This document shows, piece after piece, positions 28,887 through 39,351 of a stretch of DNA of 64,000 bases (its first letter is position 1; every line of letters begins with the position of its first letter). The notes beneath the pieces are model-generated. The model saw only the letters and a list, made by a program, of their open reading frames with translations, was not told the DNA's origin and did not search any database. Made by a program: the position numbers and the translations under genes. The DNA comes from Candidatus Woesearchaeota archaeon. Lineage in GTDB: Archaea > Nanobdellota > Nanobdellia > Pacearchaeales > GW2011-AR1. Location of the stretch: the NCBI GenBank assembly GCA_964358765.1, contig CAYHPN010000003.1:43327-107326 (forward strand), written 5' to 3'.

Positions 28887-29960
28887 ATGATTAAAAAAAG
28901 AGCAAAAGAAAAAAGAAATAGCGAAACTAAATATATAGAAAATCTTAGAGAACAAATATCAAATAATCAAGGAGATTTGCTTCTAATTCGCAGAGAAATT
29001 GTAATTGATAATGCTCATTATGATTCTGGTGTAAATTATATCAGAGAACCTAGTGCGACTTATTCAGGAACTTTAGAGTTGGGAATAATAAATGGAGAGT
29101 TAGAAAAAAACAAAAAACCTTCATTATCTCACACTGCATTGTTTGGTTCCAGATATTTTTATTCTCCAGATTATACAGTTTCAGTTAAAAATAAATTAAG
29201 CGTATCAGGGATTTCACAATGTTATTTTATAATTGATCAAGAAAATATTGAAAAAATAGAAGAAAACAGCACTTTAAGTATTGGAAATGAAGAAATATCA
29301 AAAGAAAATAATAACATTTTTGAAAATATCCCAAGAAATCCTCCATATTTAAGTAAAATAGAAATTATTGTAGGAGAAGAAAAGATAAATGAAACTTTAA
29401 GTAAACATGATAGATTCCATTCAAGTCTATTAATCAGTGTAAGAGACGAAAAAGGCAATGAATCGGGTCATGAGTTGTTATTTACAATGTTAAAGGGTAA
29501 ATCTGATCTTGGTGGCTATATTTCAAAACTTAAAAAATCAAGAGCTAATTCACTATCTGAATCTTTAGTTTATGATGTTTGCAGTATTTCTTTAGGTTTG
29601 TATGAAATCTCAAAATTACCTCTTTCTTTAGAAAATCTAAGTATGGATTCTTGGAGCCCAAATGGAGATTCTCCGGATTATTTTTGGAATGATAATGCAA
29701 CAGTTGAAAGATACAATACAATAATAACTAAAATATTAAAACATACTTTAAGTGTAAACAAGATAATAACAGAAGAAAATAATAAAAAATTGCTTACGGA
29801 TAATCAAAAAATTGATGGCAAGATAATCGGTTTTCCATCAAGTATAGATGCAAAAGAATATCTCAAAAATGCTACGGATATTTTAAACAAAGCAAATAGT
29901 GTTATTGGGGAAATTAATTCATCTATTCAAAAGAAGATAAAAGATTCTCGAAGAAGATAA
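28887..29960 (+). CDS. Hypothetical protein
   Basis: 357 aa. No motif recognised. Confidence 0.3.
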   Translation: MIKKRAKEKRNSETKYIENLREQISNNQGDLLLIRREIVIDNAHYDSGVNYIREPSATYSGTLELGIINGELEKNKKPSLSHTALFGSRYFYSPDYTVSVKNKLSVSGISQCYFIIDQENIEKIEENSTLSIGNEEISKENNNIFENIPRNPPYLSKIEIIVGEEKINETLSKHDRFHSSLLISVRDEKGNESGHELLFTMLKGKSDLGGYISKLKKSRANSLSESLVYDVCSISLGLYEISKLPLSLENLSMDSWSPNGDSPDYFWNDNATVERYNTIITKILKHTLSVNKIITEENNKKLLTDNQKIDGKIIGFPSSIDAKEYLKNATDILNKANSVIGEINSSIQKKIKDSRRR

Positions 29961-30000
29961 TTCTTTAAGAGAAAACAACATTTTTATATGACTATTTCCT

Positions 30001-30588
30001 GTGATTAATATGGAATTTGACACTGTTATTAAAAAAAGGAGATCTGTAAAAGAATTTAAGGCAAAAAAAGCTTCTTGGAAACTTGTTCTAGAAGCAATTG
30101 ACACATCCCTACAAGGCCCATTTGCAGGAAATCATAATTTCCTTAAATTCCTTATAACAGAAGAACCAGATATAATAAAGTTCATTGCAAAACATTGTGA
30201 ACAAGTCTGGATAGCGCAAGTAGAAATTCTTGTTCTTGTACTTTCAGATGATAAACACTTAGAAAATATTTATGGAGAAAGAGGCAGGGTCTATTCAAGA
30301 CAACAAGCCGGAGCAGCAATTCAGACAATGCTCTTAAAATTAGTGGATCTTGGTTTATCTTCATGCTGGGTCGGTTCATATGATGATGATGCAATAAGAG
30401 ACAAATTAAAGATTCCAAAAAATATCCAGATAGAAGCAATACTTCCTATTGGTTACGAAGACACTAAAAAACAAGACGAAAAAAAACCAAAAAAAGCTTT
30501 AGATACAGTTTTGTTCTGGGAACGTTGGGGAATGCCTCGCAGGCCTTCAATATTTGAGGAAGGCGTTGAGGATTATAGGCCGCAGTAA
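30001..30588 (+). CDS. Nitroreductase-family protein
   Basis: KKRRSVKEFK...SWKLVLEAIDTSLQGPFAGNHNF, with the typical nitroreductase N-terminus and size. Confidence 0.5.
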   Translation: MINMEFDTVIKKRRSVKEFKAKKASWKLVLEAIDTSLQGPFAGNHNFLKFLITEEPDIIKFIAKHCEQVWIAQVEILVLVLSDDKHLENIYGERGRVYSRQQAGAAIQTMLLKLVDLGLSSCWVGSYDDDAIRDKLKIPKNIQIEAILPIGYEDTKKQDEKKPKKALDTVLFWERWGMPRRPSIFEEGVEDYRPQ

Positions 30589-30661
30589 AATCCATAATAG
30601 ATGCATCTTAATAGTAGTTACATACAGAAAGGCTTATAAATAGAAATTTTTTACCTTTTAC

Positions 30662-31522
30662 ATGAAAATGTCACATATAGTGCCTTGGATGAAATGTGTA
30701 GTTAAAACATCTCGTGCAGATAGCAAAGTCAGGAAATATTTTGACCTTCCTTTAAGACCCTATAAAGTAGAGTTTAATCCTCAAATATCAAAACAAGAAA
30801 AAATACTAAACGATAAAACAACTGTCGTTAAAGAAATAGGAGGAAATGCAACAAAAAAAGGAGTTACTTATCCTCAAGTACCTCAACTGTATCAGGCTCA
30901 ACACGAAGTAGTGCATGTACAACATTTATTGAATAATCCTTCATTAAAAAATATTGATGAAATATACAAAGATCCTGATAAACGACTACTTGCAACTATG
31001 GCATTAGAATTAATAGCTAATGGTTTTGTTTCTAGAGATGGTGTTCCGGAACAATGGAGAGTAGCATCATATAAAAGCAATAAAAAAATATTTGAAGTTT
31101 CAGATGAAGCGATTAATTATTTTGATTCACTAGCTCAAAAAAGAGAAAACTTTGAGAATTACACAGCCCTAAATGAAGCAACAGATCTAGAAGCTTTGAA
31201 AGAAGCATACTGGAAAACAGAAGAACAAGCATATTCCATTGGCACAGAAGTTGGTAGATGGTTGTTCACTGATTGGACTGCAGAACAACCGTTTAGTATA
31301 AATGTTGAAGTACATGAAGAAAAAGTTGAAGGTACAATTTCTTATAAAACATCTTCAATTGATCCAACAACACGAAAGGCTTTACTTAATGATCTTTTTT
31401 TCAGAGATTATGAAGAAGTAGCTGGATATGCAAATGCAGTTTATTCACAATCTCTCGCTCCCCTATTACAAAAAGGATATGAAGAACTTTCTTGTAAAGT
31501 AAAAGAGAAATTAAAAAAATAA
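30662..31522 (+). CDS. Hypothetical protein (slightly GC-richer than its neighbours)
   Basis: 286 aa. No motif recognised. Confidence 0.3.
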   Translation: MKMSHIVPWMKCVVKTSRADSKVRKYFDLPLRPYKVEFNPQISKQEKILNDKTTVVKEIGGNATKKGVTYPQVPQLYQAQHEVVHVQHLLNNPSLKNIDEIYKDPDKRLLATMALELIANGFVSRDGVPEQWRVASYKSNKKIFEVSDEAINYFDSLAQKRENFENYTALNEATDLEALKEAYWKTEEQAYSIGTEVGRWLFTDWTAEQPFSINVEVHEEKVEGTISYKTSSIDPTTRKALLNDLFFRDYEEVAGYANAVYSQSLAPLLQKGYEELSCKVKEKLKK

Positions 31523-31576
31523 GTTAAATCTTGAAAAATAAAAGAAATAGAAAAATAAAAAAAATAATTTTAAGTT

Positions 31577-32662
31577 TTATCTGAAAACCTCAATGCCTAA
31601 TTCTGACATATCGCTTGGAGTAGATGATTTTTCTTTGCCCCTTCCTAAAGCTTTACCCATAACATAAGGAGAGTTAACTCCAGTCATAATAGTAATAACT
31701 CTTACTTTGTTTGCAAAGTCTTTATTAATTCTAGCTCCAATGATCACTTGTGCTTCTGGACTGATATTCTCAGTTACTAATTCTCCAACTCCGGAAAATT
31801 CCTCTAACTTAAAGTCAGGTCCGCAAGTTATGTGAATTAATGCACCAGTAGCTCCTCTGTAATCAACATCTAGTAAAGGTTGTGTTAAGGCTTGTCTTAC
31901 AGCTTCTTCAACTCTTCCAGTTGTATCGCTTTCTCCGACTCCTATAACTGCAACTTCCCCATTCTTCATAATTGCCGATACGTCTGCATAGTCTAAGTTA
32001 ATCAATGAAGGCAAAGTAATAGTCTCGACTATACCTTTTATCATTGTACTTACTAATTCATTCGCAACAGCAAAAGCCTGCTCCATAGGTAAGTTTCCTG
32101 CAATATCTACAAGTCTATTGTTATCAATCAATATAGCTGTGTCAACAACTTCGGTTAATTCCTGTAAACCAAATTCTGCTTTCTCTTGTCTAACTCTCTC
32201 GCATTCAAAAGGCATCGTTGCAACTGCAATTACTACAGCTCCAGATTCTTTTGCAAGTTGTGCTACAACAGGCGCAGCTCCAGTTCCAGTTCCACCGCCA
32301 AGTCCAAGTAACACAAAAACCATATCTGCTCCACCAACTGATTTTTTCAGTTCTGATAAAGACTCTTTTGCTGCTTCTCTTCCTCTTCCAGGATTTCCAC
32401 CGCAACCAAGTCCTCTAGTGAGCTCTTTTCCGATTAAGATTTTCTCATCAGCTTTTGTAATACTAAGGTGCAATGCATCGGTGTTTGTACCATAAATTGT
32501 TGCTCCATTAATACCTTTGTTGAAAAGCCATGTAATTGTATTACATCCTGCTCCACCAACTCCAAAAACCTTTATATTTGCTTTTCCAGCCCTTAGTTCA
32601 TCAAAATTAATGCTATGTGTTTCTGCATTTTTTATCGCTTCTCTAGCGAAATCAAGTACCAT
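31577..32662 (-). CDS. ftsZ: Cell division GTPase FtsZ
   Basis: Tubulin signature GGGTGTGAAPVVAQLAKE, NTDALHL, and an AGGAGG Shine-Dalgarno 17 nt upstream. Confidence 0.9.
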   Translation of the reverse strand: MVLDFAREAIKNAETHSINFDELRAGKANIKVFGVGGAGCNTITWLFNKGINGATIYGTNTDALHLSITKADEKILIGKELTRGLGCGGNPGRGREAAKESLSELKKSVGGADMVFVLLGLGGGTGTGAAPVVAQLAKESGAVVIAVATMPFECERVRQEKAEFGLQELTEVVDTAILIDNNRLVDIAGNLPMEQAFAVANELVSTMIKGIVETITLPSLINLDYADVSAIMKNGEVAVIGVGESDTTGRVEEAVRQALTQPLLDVDYRGATGALIHITCGPDFKLEEFSGVGELVTENISPEAQVIIGARINKDFANKVRVITIMTGVNSPYVMGKALGRGKEKSSTPSDMSELGIEVFR

Positions 32663-32909
32663 TTTATTCTTTTTTTGTTCCTCCTTTCAGTTTTTTCACA
32701 AATTTATTTAAATTCTTAACAACTTCCTATTTAAATATTTGACTGTGTTTTAAAAAATATAAAAGAGTAACATTTTTTCACTTTTTTGGAGTTAAATATC
32801 TGTTTTTTAGGTCAAATTATCAAATTTCTTGATTAGTTTTATCCTTTTCCATCACACCATACACAACATTTATCCGGACAATCATCATTTAATAATTTTA
32901 TAGCATTAT

Positions 32910-33944
32910 CTAAAATTCTTTGAGCCTTTTCATAACAGTATCAAAATCTTTTTTCATAAAATGCGCTCCAGCAGCAGGAATATGACCTCCGCCAGAGGCA
33001 CTTTCCAGATCTTTTATTAATCTCTTCATTAAAACAGACATATTTTCTTTTTGATCTTGTCTTCTTCCATGTACATGAAATGTTTCCTCTTTGTCTTCAA
33101 TAATTATCAAAGTCTTATCAATAATTTCCCCGCTGATCATTGAACTGATAACAGAACCAGTCGGAAATCTAGGACGGTATACAAAAACATCTCGTCCATT
33201 AATTTCATTTTTCTCCTTCCAAAAATTCTGTATACTTTTATCAATTTCTTCTTGTACTTCTTTTGCATGTTTTCCTAACTCTCCAATATCTCCAAATTCT
33301 TCTCCTAGATTATTATAAACATTTTTAACATCTTTGCTAAAAAACAATATGGAATTATAAATTTCAGTTAATAATTTCCAAAACTTTCCTTCCTTTTTTA
33401 CTAAAATTCCTTCAACTTTTAATTCATCACCGTATTTTTTATAAGTCATTTCCACAAACTTTCTATTTTTATGATATAACCAATCACTAACAGAAGCAAT
33501 TGCAATTAGCCAATCTAGTTTTTCTAAATTGTCAACTTTAGAGAATAAATAATAAGAAATATATGCTGCACATAATCCTTGTACATTTAAAAAAACGATT
33601 TTATAGGTATTGAGGTCTACTTTAAATTGATGATGATCAATAATTAATACCTCGCAAAGCTTAGATAGATTAATAAAAAAATTTTCTTCTGCTCCAAGAT
33701 CAGTAACTATTGTTTTAGTTATTCCTTTTTGTTTCAATTCGTTTAGAAGTTCATCATTAAGATCATTATAATCAACAAATTTAATCAACTCTACATCAAT
33801 TACAGAATTAACAACTTTTGCAGAAATAATTCCATCTATATCTCTTGAATGCGAGATCAAAGCAATTTTATCATTTCCATTTAATTTTGATATAAATTCA
33901 AAAAATCTTTTTTCTTCACCGGCATTGAAATCTATTTTTTCCAT
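32910..33944 (-). CDS. DHH/DHHA1 phosphoesterase (archaeal RecJ/GAN-like or NrnA-like)
   Basis: DHH motifs ALISHSRDIDGIISA, LIIDHHQ, and DHHA1 GGGHIPAAGAHF. Confidence 0.7.
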   Translation of the reverse strand: MEKIDFNAGEEKRFFEFISKLNGNDKIALISHSRDIDGIISAKVVNSVIDVELIKFVDYNDLNDELLNELKQKGITKTIVTDLGAEENFFINLSKLCEVLIIDHHQFKVDLNTYKIVFLNVQGLCAAYISYYLFSKVDNLEKLDWLIAIASVSDWLYHKNRKFVEMTYKKYGDELKVEGILVKKEGKFWKLLTEIYNSILFFSKDVKNVYNNLGEEFGDIGELGKHAKEVQEEIDKSIQNFWKEKNEINGRDVFVYRPRFPTGSVISSMISGEIIDKTLIIIEDKEETFHVHGRRQDQKENMSVLMKRLIKDLESASGGGHIPAAGAHFMKKDFDTVMKRLKEF

Positions 33945-34099
33945 TTTCTAGAATTAATTGTTTAGTATTTAAAGATTTATTTTAAAAAAATTAGTTTCCC
34001 AGTCACCTCATTCAAATTAATGTCTTCAAAATTATATCCCTTAGGCCCAATATACACAATTATAGATGAATATAAATTAAAAAAATAAATCATTAATTC

Positions 34100-34255
34100 T
34101 TACTCATTTTTAAGTTTTGCCATTCTTTCAGTCACTCCTTTAGTTTCTTTATCCAATACATCTTTGTACTCTTTAAGCATCTCAAGTTTCTCTTCTTTGG
34201 TAAGAAAACTTCTTCCAGAGTAACTTCCACATCCGCCATAACAGCATCCATCCAT
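34100..34255 (-). CDS. Unannotated 51-aa protein MDGCCYGGCGSYSGRSFLTKEEKLEMLKEYKDVLDKETKGVTERMAKLKNE
   Basis: It is not in the ORF track (under 60 aa). A perfect GGAGGT Shine-Dalgarno lies 9 nt upstream of the ATG. It has a Cys/Gly-rich N-terminus plus a charged helix. The adjacent PadR gene at 34373 is on the + strand, so the two are divergent rather than co-transcribed. Confidence 0.4.
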   Translation of the reverse strand: MDGCCYGGCGSYSGRSFLTKEEKLEMLKEYKDVLDKETKGVTERMAKLKNE

Positions 34256-34372
34256 TTTTATCTCTTACCTCCTTTCATCTTAATGTCTCTTTCTTGTAGA
34301 GTATAGTCAGTTTTCAATTCATATCTATCGGTCATACGATATTATAAAAATCGAAGTATTTAAATATATCGC

Positions 34373-34687
34373 TTGCCCGATACAAGTATGAAAGATTGCG
34401 TACCTTATTGCTGCGATATGCGTGGAATGTTATCATTCTTAATTCTATTTTTACTTTCTAAAAAATCAATGCATGGACAAGAAATTGCTCTTGAATTAGA
34501 AAAAAGAAAAGGGGAAAAACCCTCTCCAGGAACAATCTATCCAGCATTAAAGCATCTTAAAAATGAAAAACTCATTTCTGAAAATAAAGAAGGCAAAAAT
34601 ATTTATTATTCTCTGACTAAAGAGGGTAAAGATGCTCTTAAAGTTGCAAAGATCAAATTTTGCACTATTTTTAAGGATGTTTTTTAA
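34373..34687 (+). CDS. PadR-family transcriptional regulator
   Basis: GMLSFLILFLLSKKSMHGQEI...GTIYPALKHLKNEKLI...YYSLTKEGKDAL is the PadR winged-helix pattern. Confidence 0.65.
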   Translation: MPDTSMKDCVPYCCDMRGMLSFLILFLLSKKSMHGQEIALELEKRKGEKPSPGTIYPALKHLKNEKLISENKEGKNIYYSLTKEGKDALKVAKIKFCTIFKDVF

Positions 34688-34694
34688 TATAATA

Positions 34695-34896
34695 TAAATT
34701 ATAACAAAAATAATTTCCCATGGAAATATAGTTATTTTGTCCAAAGTAAATTTGCTCAAAATAAGAATTTAGGCAACACTTGCTTTTGACTATCGGCAAT
34801 TCTGTTTTAAATTTGTCAAAATTGACGTATTAGAGAATTTAACAGAATTCTCTATAAATTACTAACTGTGCTTTAGCACTCTGCCCGAAGGATATT
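34695..34896 (+). repeat. Intergenic repeat element, copy B
   Basis: Same 5' and 3' modules as copy A. It lies between the PadR stop and the 35004 gene start. The spurious track ORF 34547-34759 is a translation of this repeat. Confidence 0.7.
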
Positions 34897-35003
34897 ATTT
34901 TATATTTTATTCTATTTATCTTTAGAGTTTAATACCTATAGGCTCACCTTATAGTATTAATGATGATAAAAAAGTTTATATCAGGCATCTATCTAATTTT
35001 TAA

Positions 35004-36620
35004 ATGAAAGAAAGAAATGTTGCAATAGCTTTGTTTGCCCTATTTATCTTTCTCGGAGTTTTAACATTTTGCTTAACTGTTTTTATTACAGATTTTAATT
35101 TTTACAAATCTCATTTGGAAATAAACGAATTTACAGTAAATGAAAAGTTATACTTTCATACAGATAAACCTTATCACACATTATATAGAAATTTCCTCGA
35201 TCCTTTATATCCTCCTCAAATAAATTCAAAAAATTTCATTTCTTTAGTAGATATAACCTGTTCAGGTGGACAGCCCTATTTAAGGGATCGGAGTAATAAC
35301 TGTTATAATGTCCCCGGTTTCTACAATGTTAATTGTCAAGCATTTACAGAAAAAAATGAATATGGATGTACCTTTGGTTCGGCGCTTGGATTTAAAAAAA
35401 ATTCAGAATATACGATTGATGCTAGTTATATAATAAATCCACAAAATATATTTAAAATAAAAAATAGGCATTATATAAAATTTATCGTATATTCAAAAGA
35501 TAATCATAAATTACTTACAAAAAACAATTTTTTAACATCGAAAAATATAATTAGAAAGAATAATTACCTGCCAAATGAGGATGTAATTGTATATATACCA
35601 TATGAAGGAAATACCCAAGGTTTAAAGTTAATAGTCCAGAATTCATTTGATTTTAATACTGGTAGCATGTCCTTATTATTGTTTATGTGTTTATTTCCAG
35701 CCATACTTTTCATACTAGTTTGGTTCATTGAAGGGAGAGAATATTCATGCCTGGACATCCCAGAGGAATTGAGCGATTTTCCTTCAAAAATAAAGGGATG
35801 GGAAGTTGCTACATTCTATAATCCTCCATTTTCAATTGCAGATGATCATTTCATATCTTCTATAATGTTGGATTTTTATCATAAAAAGATTCTTGACATT
35901 AAAGTAGATGAAAAAAACCTACCATGGGTTAAAATATATAAAGATAATAAAAAAATTTCAACTCTAGACGATATTGAATTAAAATTCTTATCAATATTAC
36001 AAAGTCTAAATGATAAGTGTTCGCAAGATTATATAGATGGAGAATATTTTAACATCAAGAAAGCATCTTACCGATATAGTTTAAGTTTAAAGAGTGAATT
36101 TAAGATCTTACAAAAAGAATTAAAGAAAAAAAGTAAAATGTACCTTAGCTCAGGTCCAAAATGGATTCCAATAATTTTTGCCTTGGTATCTTGGTTTTTA
36201 ATAAAAATGTTTAATCACTATTATTTAGCAATCTTTTACTTCATTTCCCTGATAATGTTCTCAGTAATATTGAATAAATCTGCGCTACTTAATAGATTTA
36301 GAGGAGAATACTACATTGAATACCAAAAATGGCAGGCATTTAAGAAATATCTTTCAAAATCATTTTCTATAACTAAGCACGGTCATCAAGCAGTAAAACT
36401 CTGGGATCACTACTTGATATATGGAGCAGCTTTAGGAGTGTCAAAAAAAGTTATTAAAGAGCTCCGTTCAGCTAGAATAATTGATGAAAAAGATTATAAT
36501 ATCTACACAGGAATTAATCTTGCTTCGGTTTCATTTGCCTCTTCATCAGGTTCAAAAGGAGGAAGTTTAGGAGGAGCTTCCGGCGGCGGAATAGGTGGGG
36601 GAGGAGGCGGAGGCAGATAA
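35004..36620 (+). CDS. DUF2207-like membrane protein (N-terminal TM, extracellular domain, TM cluster, C-terminal poly-Gly tail)
   Basis: The architecture and the GGSLGGASGGGIGGGGGGGR C-terminus are typical of DUF2207 proteins. Confidence 0.5.
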   Translation: MKERNVAIALFALFIFLGVLTFCLTVFITDFNFYKSHLEINEFTVNEKLYFHTDKPYHTLYRNFLDPLYPPQINSKNFISLVDITCSGGQPYLRDRSNNCYNVPGFYNVNCQAFTEKNEYGCTFGSALGFKKNSEYTIDASYIINPQNIFKIKNRHYIKFIVYSKDNHKLLTKNNFLTSKNIIRKNNYLPNEDVIVYIPYEGNTQGLKLIVQNSFDFNTGSMSLLLFMCLFPAILFILVWFIEGREYSCLDIPEELSDFPSKIKGWEVATFYNPPFSIADDHFISSIMLDFYHKKILDIKVDEKNLPWVKIYKDNKKISTLDDIELKFLSILQSLNDKCSQDYIDGEYFNIKKASYRYSLSLKSEFKILQKELKKKSKMYLSSGPKWIPIIFALVSWFLIKMFNHYYLAIFYFISLIMFSVILNKSALLNRFRGEYYIEYQKWQAFKKYLSKSFSITKHGHQAVKLWDHYLIYGAALGVSKKVIKELRSARIIDEKDYNIYTGINLASVSFASSSGSKGGSLGGASGGGIGGGGGGGR

Positions 36621-36669
36621 CCCAATTAATCTCATAAATATTAATAAACAATCAATGCCTATCCTCTAA

Positions 36670-37221
36670 ATGTTAACTGATGCAAAAAATTTAGAAAAAT
36701 CATTATCAGATACAATAAATAAGGAAGCTAATAAAATAAAAGAAACATCACAGATTCTAATAAATACGATAAAATCAGGAAATAAAATATTATCTTGCGG
36801 AAACGGAGGTTCTGCAGCAGAATCCCAGCATTTTGTAACTGAGTTAGTTGTAAGATTTAAAACTAATAGAAAAGCAATCCCTGCAATCTCACTTACGACT
36901 GATACTTCTATCCTAACAGCATGTTCAAATGACTTTTCATTTGAAGATATTTTTTCTAGACAAGTTGAAGCATTGGCAAATCCTGGGGATGTTCTAATCT
37001 GTTTGAGTACTTCAGGAAACTCTCCAAATGTTGTAAAAACCGCACAAAAAGCAAAAGAAATGAATTGTAAAGTTATCTCTCTGACAGGTTTAAAAGAAAA
37101 TAAGCTCGAAAGCTTTTCAGATATCCATATTAAAGTACACTCACTAGAAACCTCAAGAATTCAAGAAATCCATCTCTTTCTTCTTCATTATTTCGCAGAC
37201 GAATTAGAAAAATCAATTTAA
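36670..37221 (+). CDS. gmhA: SIS-domain phosphoheptose isomerase (GmhA-like)
   Basis: ILSCGNGGSAAESQHFVTELVVRF and LICLSTSGNSPNVV match the GmhA motifs (GNGGSAADAQHFAAEL; ISTSGNS). Confidence 0.8.
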   Translation: MLTDAKNLEKSLSDTINKEANKIKETSQILINTIKSGNKILSCGNGGSAAESQHFVTELVVRFKTNRKAIPAISLTTDTSILTACSNDFSFEDIFSRQVEALANPGDVLICLSTSGNSPNVVKTAQKAKEMNCKVISLTGLKENKLESFSDIHIKVHSLETSRIQEIHLFLLHYFADELEKSI

Positions 37222-37533
37222 ACTAAAATAAAGAGCAAGTGTCAAAAAAGCAACTATAACCATGATCAGTAAAATTGCCAAAGTATATCCTATTAAAGAA
37301 ACAGCTTCTTTCTTCTTCCCATCTAAATACCACATTACAGGCCTCCCGAATACAAGAAATCCCGTCAGGGCAGCAGAAAATACAAAAAGTAAAAGCATTG
37401 CAATAGGTATTATTATATTATCTTCTGGTTCATGGGAAAAAGCTTGAAGGGAAAATATAAAGGAGACTACAAGTATAATATACAAAGTCGTCCCAATGGC
37501 ATTAATAAGCGCATTTTTTATTATTTTGTTCAT
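37213..37533 (-). CDS. Small membrane protein, hypothetical
   Basis: Three predicted TM helices. Confidence 0.35.
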   Translation of the reverse strand: MNKIIKNALINAIGTTLYIILVVSFIFSLQAFSHEPEDNIIIPIAMLLLFVFSAALTGFLVFGRPVMWYLDGKKKEAVSLIGYTLAILLIMVIVAFLTLALYFSLN

Positions 37534-37571
37534 ATCCTATCCAAGAATCTAAAGGTTTTAAAGATTTATAG

Positions 37572-38543
37572 CTAGAAATATACAAATTTATGTTCTTTTG
37601 ATATTGTTATAATGTCTAAATGTTTTATTATGTCAGAAAAATTATTTTTTATGGATTCCACAATCAAATCAAACTCTTTTTCAGAATAAACCTCAAATTC
37701 AGGCTCATAATCCCAATTTCCTAAAACCCTTACATGGTGGATTATGTTCCTATTACTCTCAAGAGAATTAACGAATTCGTTTACTCTTTTCTCTTTTGGA
37801 GAATCCAAGTAAACGAACACCTTATAGAACTTTATCCCTAGTTTTTCATAATTTACTGCGATCTTAAATCCCAAGATGACCTTATTCTTCATCATCTGTT
37901 TAATCCTGTAATTGACAATTCTAACACTCGTCTTTAGTTTAGCAGCTATATTGACTAATGACTCTCTCGCATTCAAGCTTAAATGCTTAAGAATTGAGAG
38001 ATCTAATTCATCTAGTTTAATTTTTTCGTCTCTCTTCATGATTATTCTTTCCCTTTCTATAGTCTTCTTCTCTTCTAATAAATAATCCCGATTATATGTT
38101 GAGGCCTCCACTAGAATAGAAATAGATTTTTTATCTATATAACCGGAAAATTTCTCTAAAACATCATTTTTTAATAGTTCTATATTTTCAATAGAATCTG
38201 CTTCTAAAGAAATTATCAAATCCCAGCTTCCCTTTGTAGATACTATCCATTTAACGGCTTTATTTTTCTTCAGCTCATTGATAATCTTAGTTAATTTCTC
38301 AGAATTGATATGCTGAAGAGTCAGGCATATCTTAAACTGTAAAATTCCAAGCTTAGACAAATTAACGATTAACTGATATTGCGTTATTATCTCCTCTTCA
38401 AGTCTCTTAATTCTATAATTGACTACTTCAGTAGATAATCCTACTTTCTTTCCTATCTGAGTACAAGATAGTCTCGCATTTTTATCCAGTTCGTATAAGA
38501 TTCTTCTGTCTTTTAAGTCTAGTTTTACAATTTCCTCAACCAT
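37572..38543 (-). CDS. Transcription regulator with two tandem Lrp/AsnC modules (paralogue of 20830-21789)
   Basis: LDLKDRRILYELDKNARLSCTQIGKKVGLSTEVVNYRIKRL and a second module LDELDLSILKHLSLNARESLVNIAAKLKTSVRIVNYRIK. Confidence 0.65.
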   Translation of the reverse strand: MVEEIVKLDLKDRRILYELDKNARLSCTQIGKKVGLSTEVVNYRIKRLEEEIITQYQLIVNLSKLGILQFKICLTLQHINSEKLTKIINELKKNKAVKWIVSTKGSWDLIISLEADSIENIELLKNDVLEKFSGYIDKKSISILVEASTYNRDYLLEEKKTIERERIIMKRDEKIKLDELDLSILKHLSLNARESLVNIAAKLKTSVRIVNYRIKQMMKNKVILGFKIAVNYEKLGIKFYKVFVYLDSPKEKRVNEFVNSLESNRNIIHHVRVLGNWDYEPEFEVYSEKEFDLIVESIKNNFSDIIKHLDIITISKEHKFVYF

Positions 38544-38694
38544 ATTTTATAGTTATTACATTTTATTTATAAATCTTGTCTTTTTTATAAAATTATCCTT
38601 AAAAGATTTTAATTATCTGTTTGTTCTAGGGATATTATGAAAACACAAACAACAAAACAAAAACAGAAAGCAATGAAAGGAGGTAGATGTAAAC

Positions 38695-39330
38695 ATGAAA
38701 TGTTCAAATATACCAAAAATTGAAGAAATAATTGAATGGGCCGATACATTTCCAAGAGCAATTGAATGCCGAGTAAAAGATTATGGTAACACTTATTTTT
38801 GTCATGTTGAGGAGCATCCTCTTGAAGATAAATGGGGAATACCAGATAAAACTCTTACTGATCTAGGTAATGCAATTCCAATGTATCAACCTGACACAAT
38901 AAAAATAGACAAAGAACATGAAAAGGAATTAGATGAAATTTACACAACCTCTGATAGACCCCATAGATTTGAAGTAAGAAATACAATCTATAATCTATCT
39001 GAGATGGAATATAGATTTTTACTTGGTAATGATTATCCAAAGGGTAAAGAAGATAGTGCTGATTTTTATAGAATAAGATCAATAAAAGTTGGAGAAATTA
39101 TTTTATCCATGGATAAGGGCGGTGTTAGACCAAAACCTAATGCATATTGTCTTGGAAACGATACGTTTGCATATAGTCATAATGGAAAGTCAGTAGATAT
39201 TTTTTCAGCACAATCTTTTATGATTTCAACTAAAGATTATAAAAAATTAGCTTTGTCACCAAATGTAAGAAAGAATTTTATTGATGTAATTAAATCTGAG
39301 AGAGATAGCATGACTAAAAGCAAGAGATAA
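38695..39330 (+). CDS. Hypothetical protein
   Basis: 211 aa with AGGAGG upstream. No motif recognised. Confidence 0.3.
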   Translation: MKCSNIPKIEEIIEWADTFPRAIECRVKDYGNTYFCHVEEHPLEDKWGIPDKTLTDLGNAIPMYQPDTIKIDKEHEKELDEIYTTSDRPHRFEVRNTIYNLSEMEYRFLLGNDYPKGKEDSADFYRIRSIKVGEIILSMDKGGVRPKPNAYCLGNDTFAYSHNGKSVDIFSAQSFMISTKDYKKLALSPNVRKNFIDVIKSERDSMTKSKR

Positions 39331-39351
39331 GAACCTTTAAAATTTATTTTT

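Noticed and set aside
32663-32909. Cys-rich mini-frame (DDCPDKCCVWCDGKG) and a 22-aa ORF in the FtsZ/RecJ-like intergenic spacer
   Set aside because: Too short, no start/RBS context, and it lies in an AT-rich spacer. Judged to be chance.
34547-34759. Track ORF 34547-34759 (-) and the first ~25 codons of track ORF 54780-55196 (MGKFTLNKITIFP[W/M]EIIFVIIYI)
   Set aside because: Both are translations of the same intergenic repeat element (copies B and C), not conserved protein. Only the C-terminal part of 54780-55196 is real Ham1 coding sequence.
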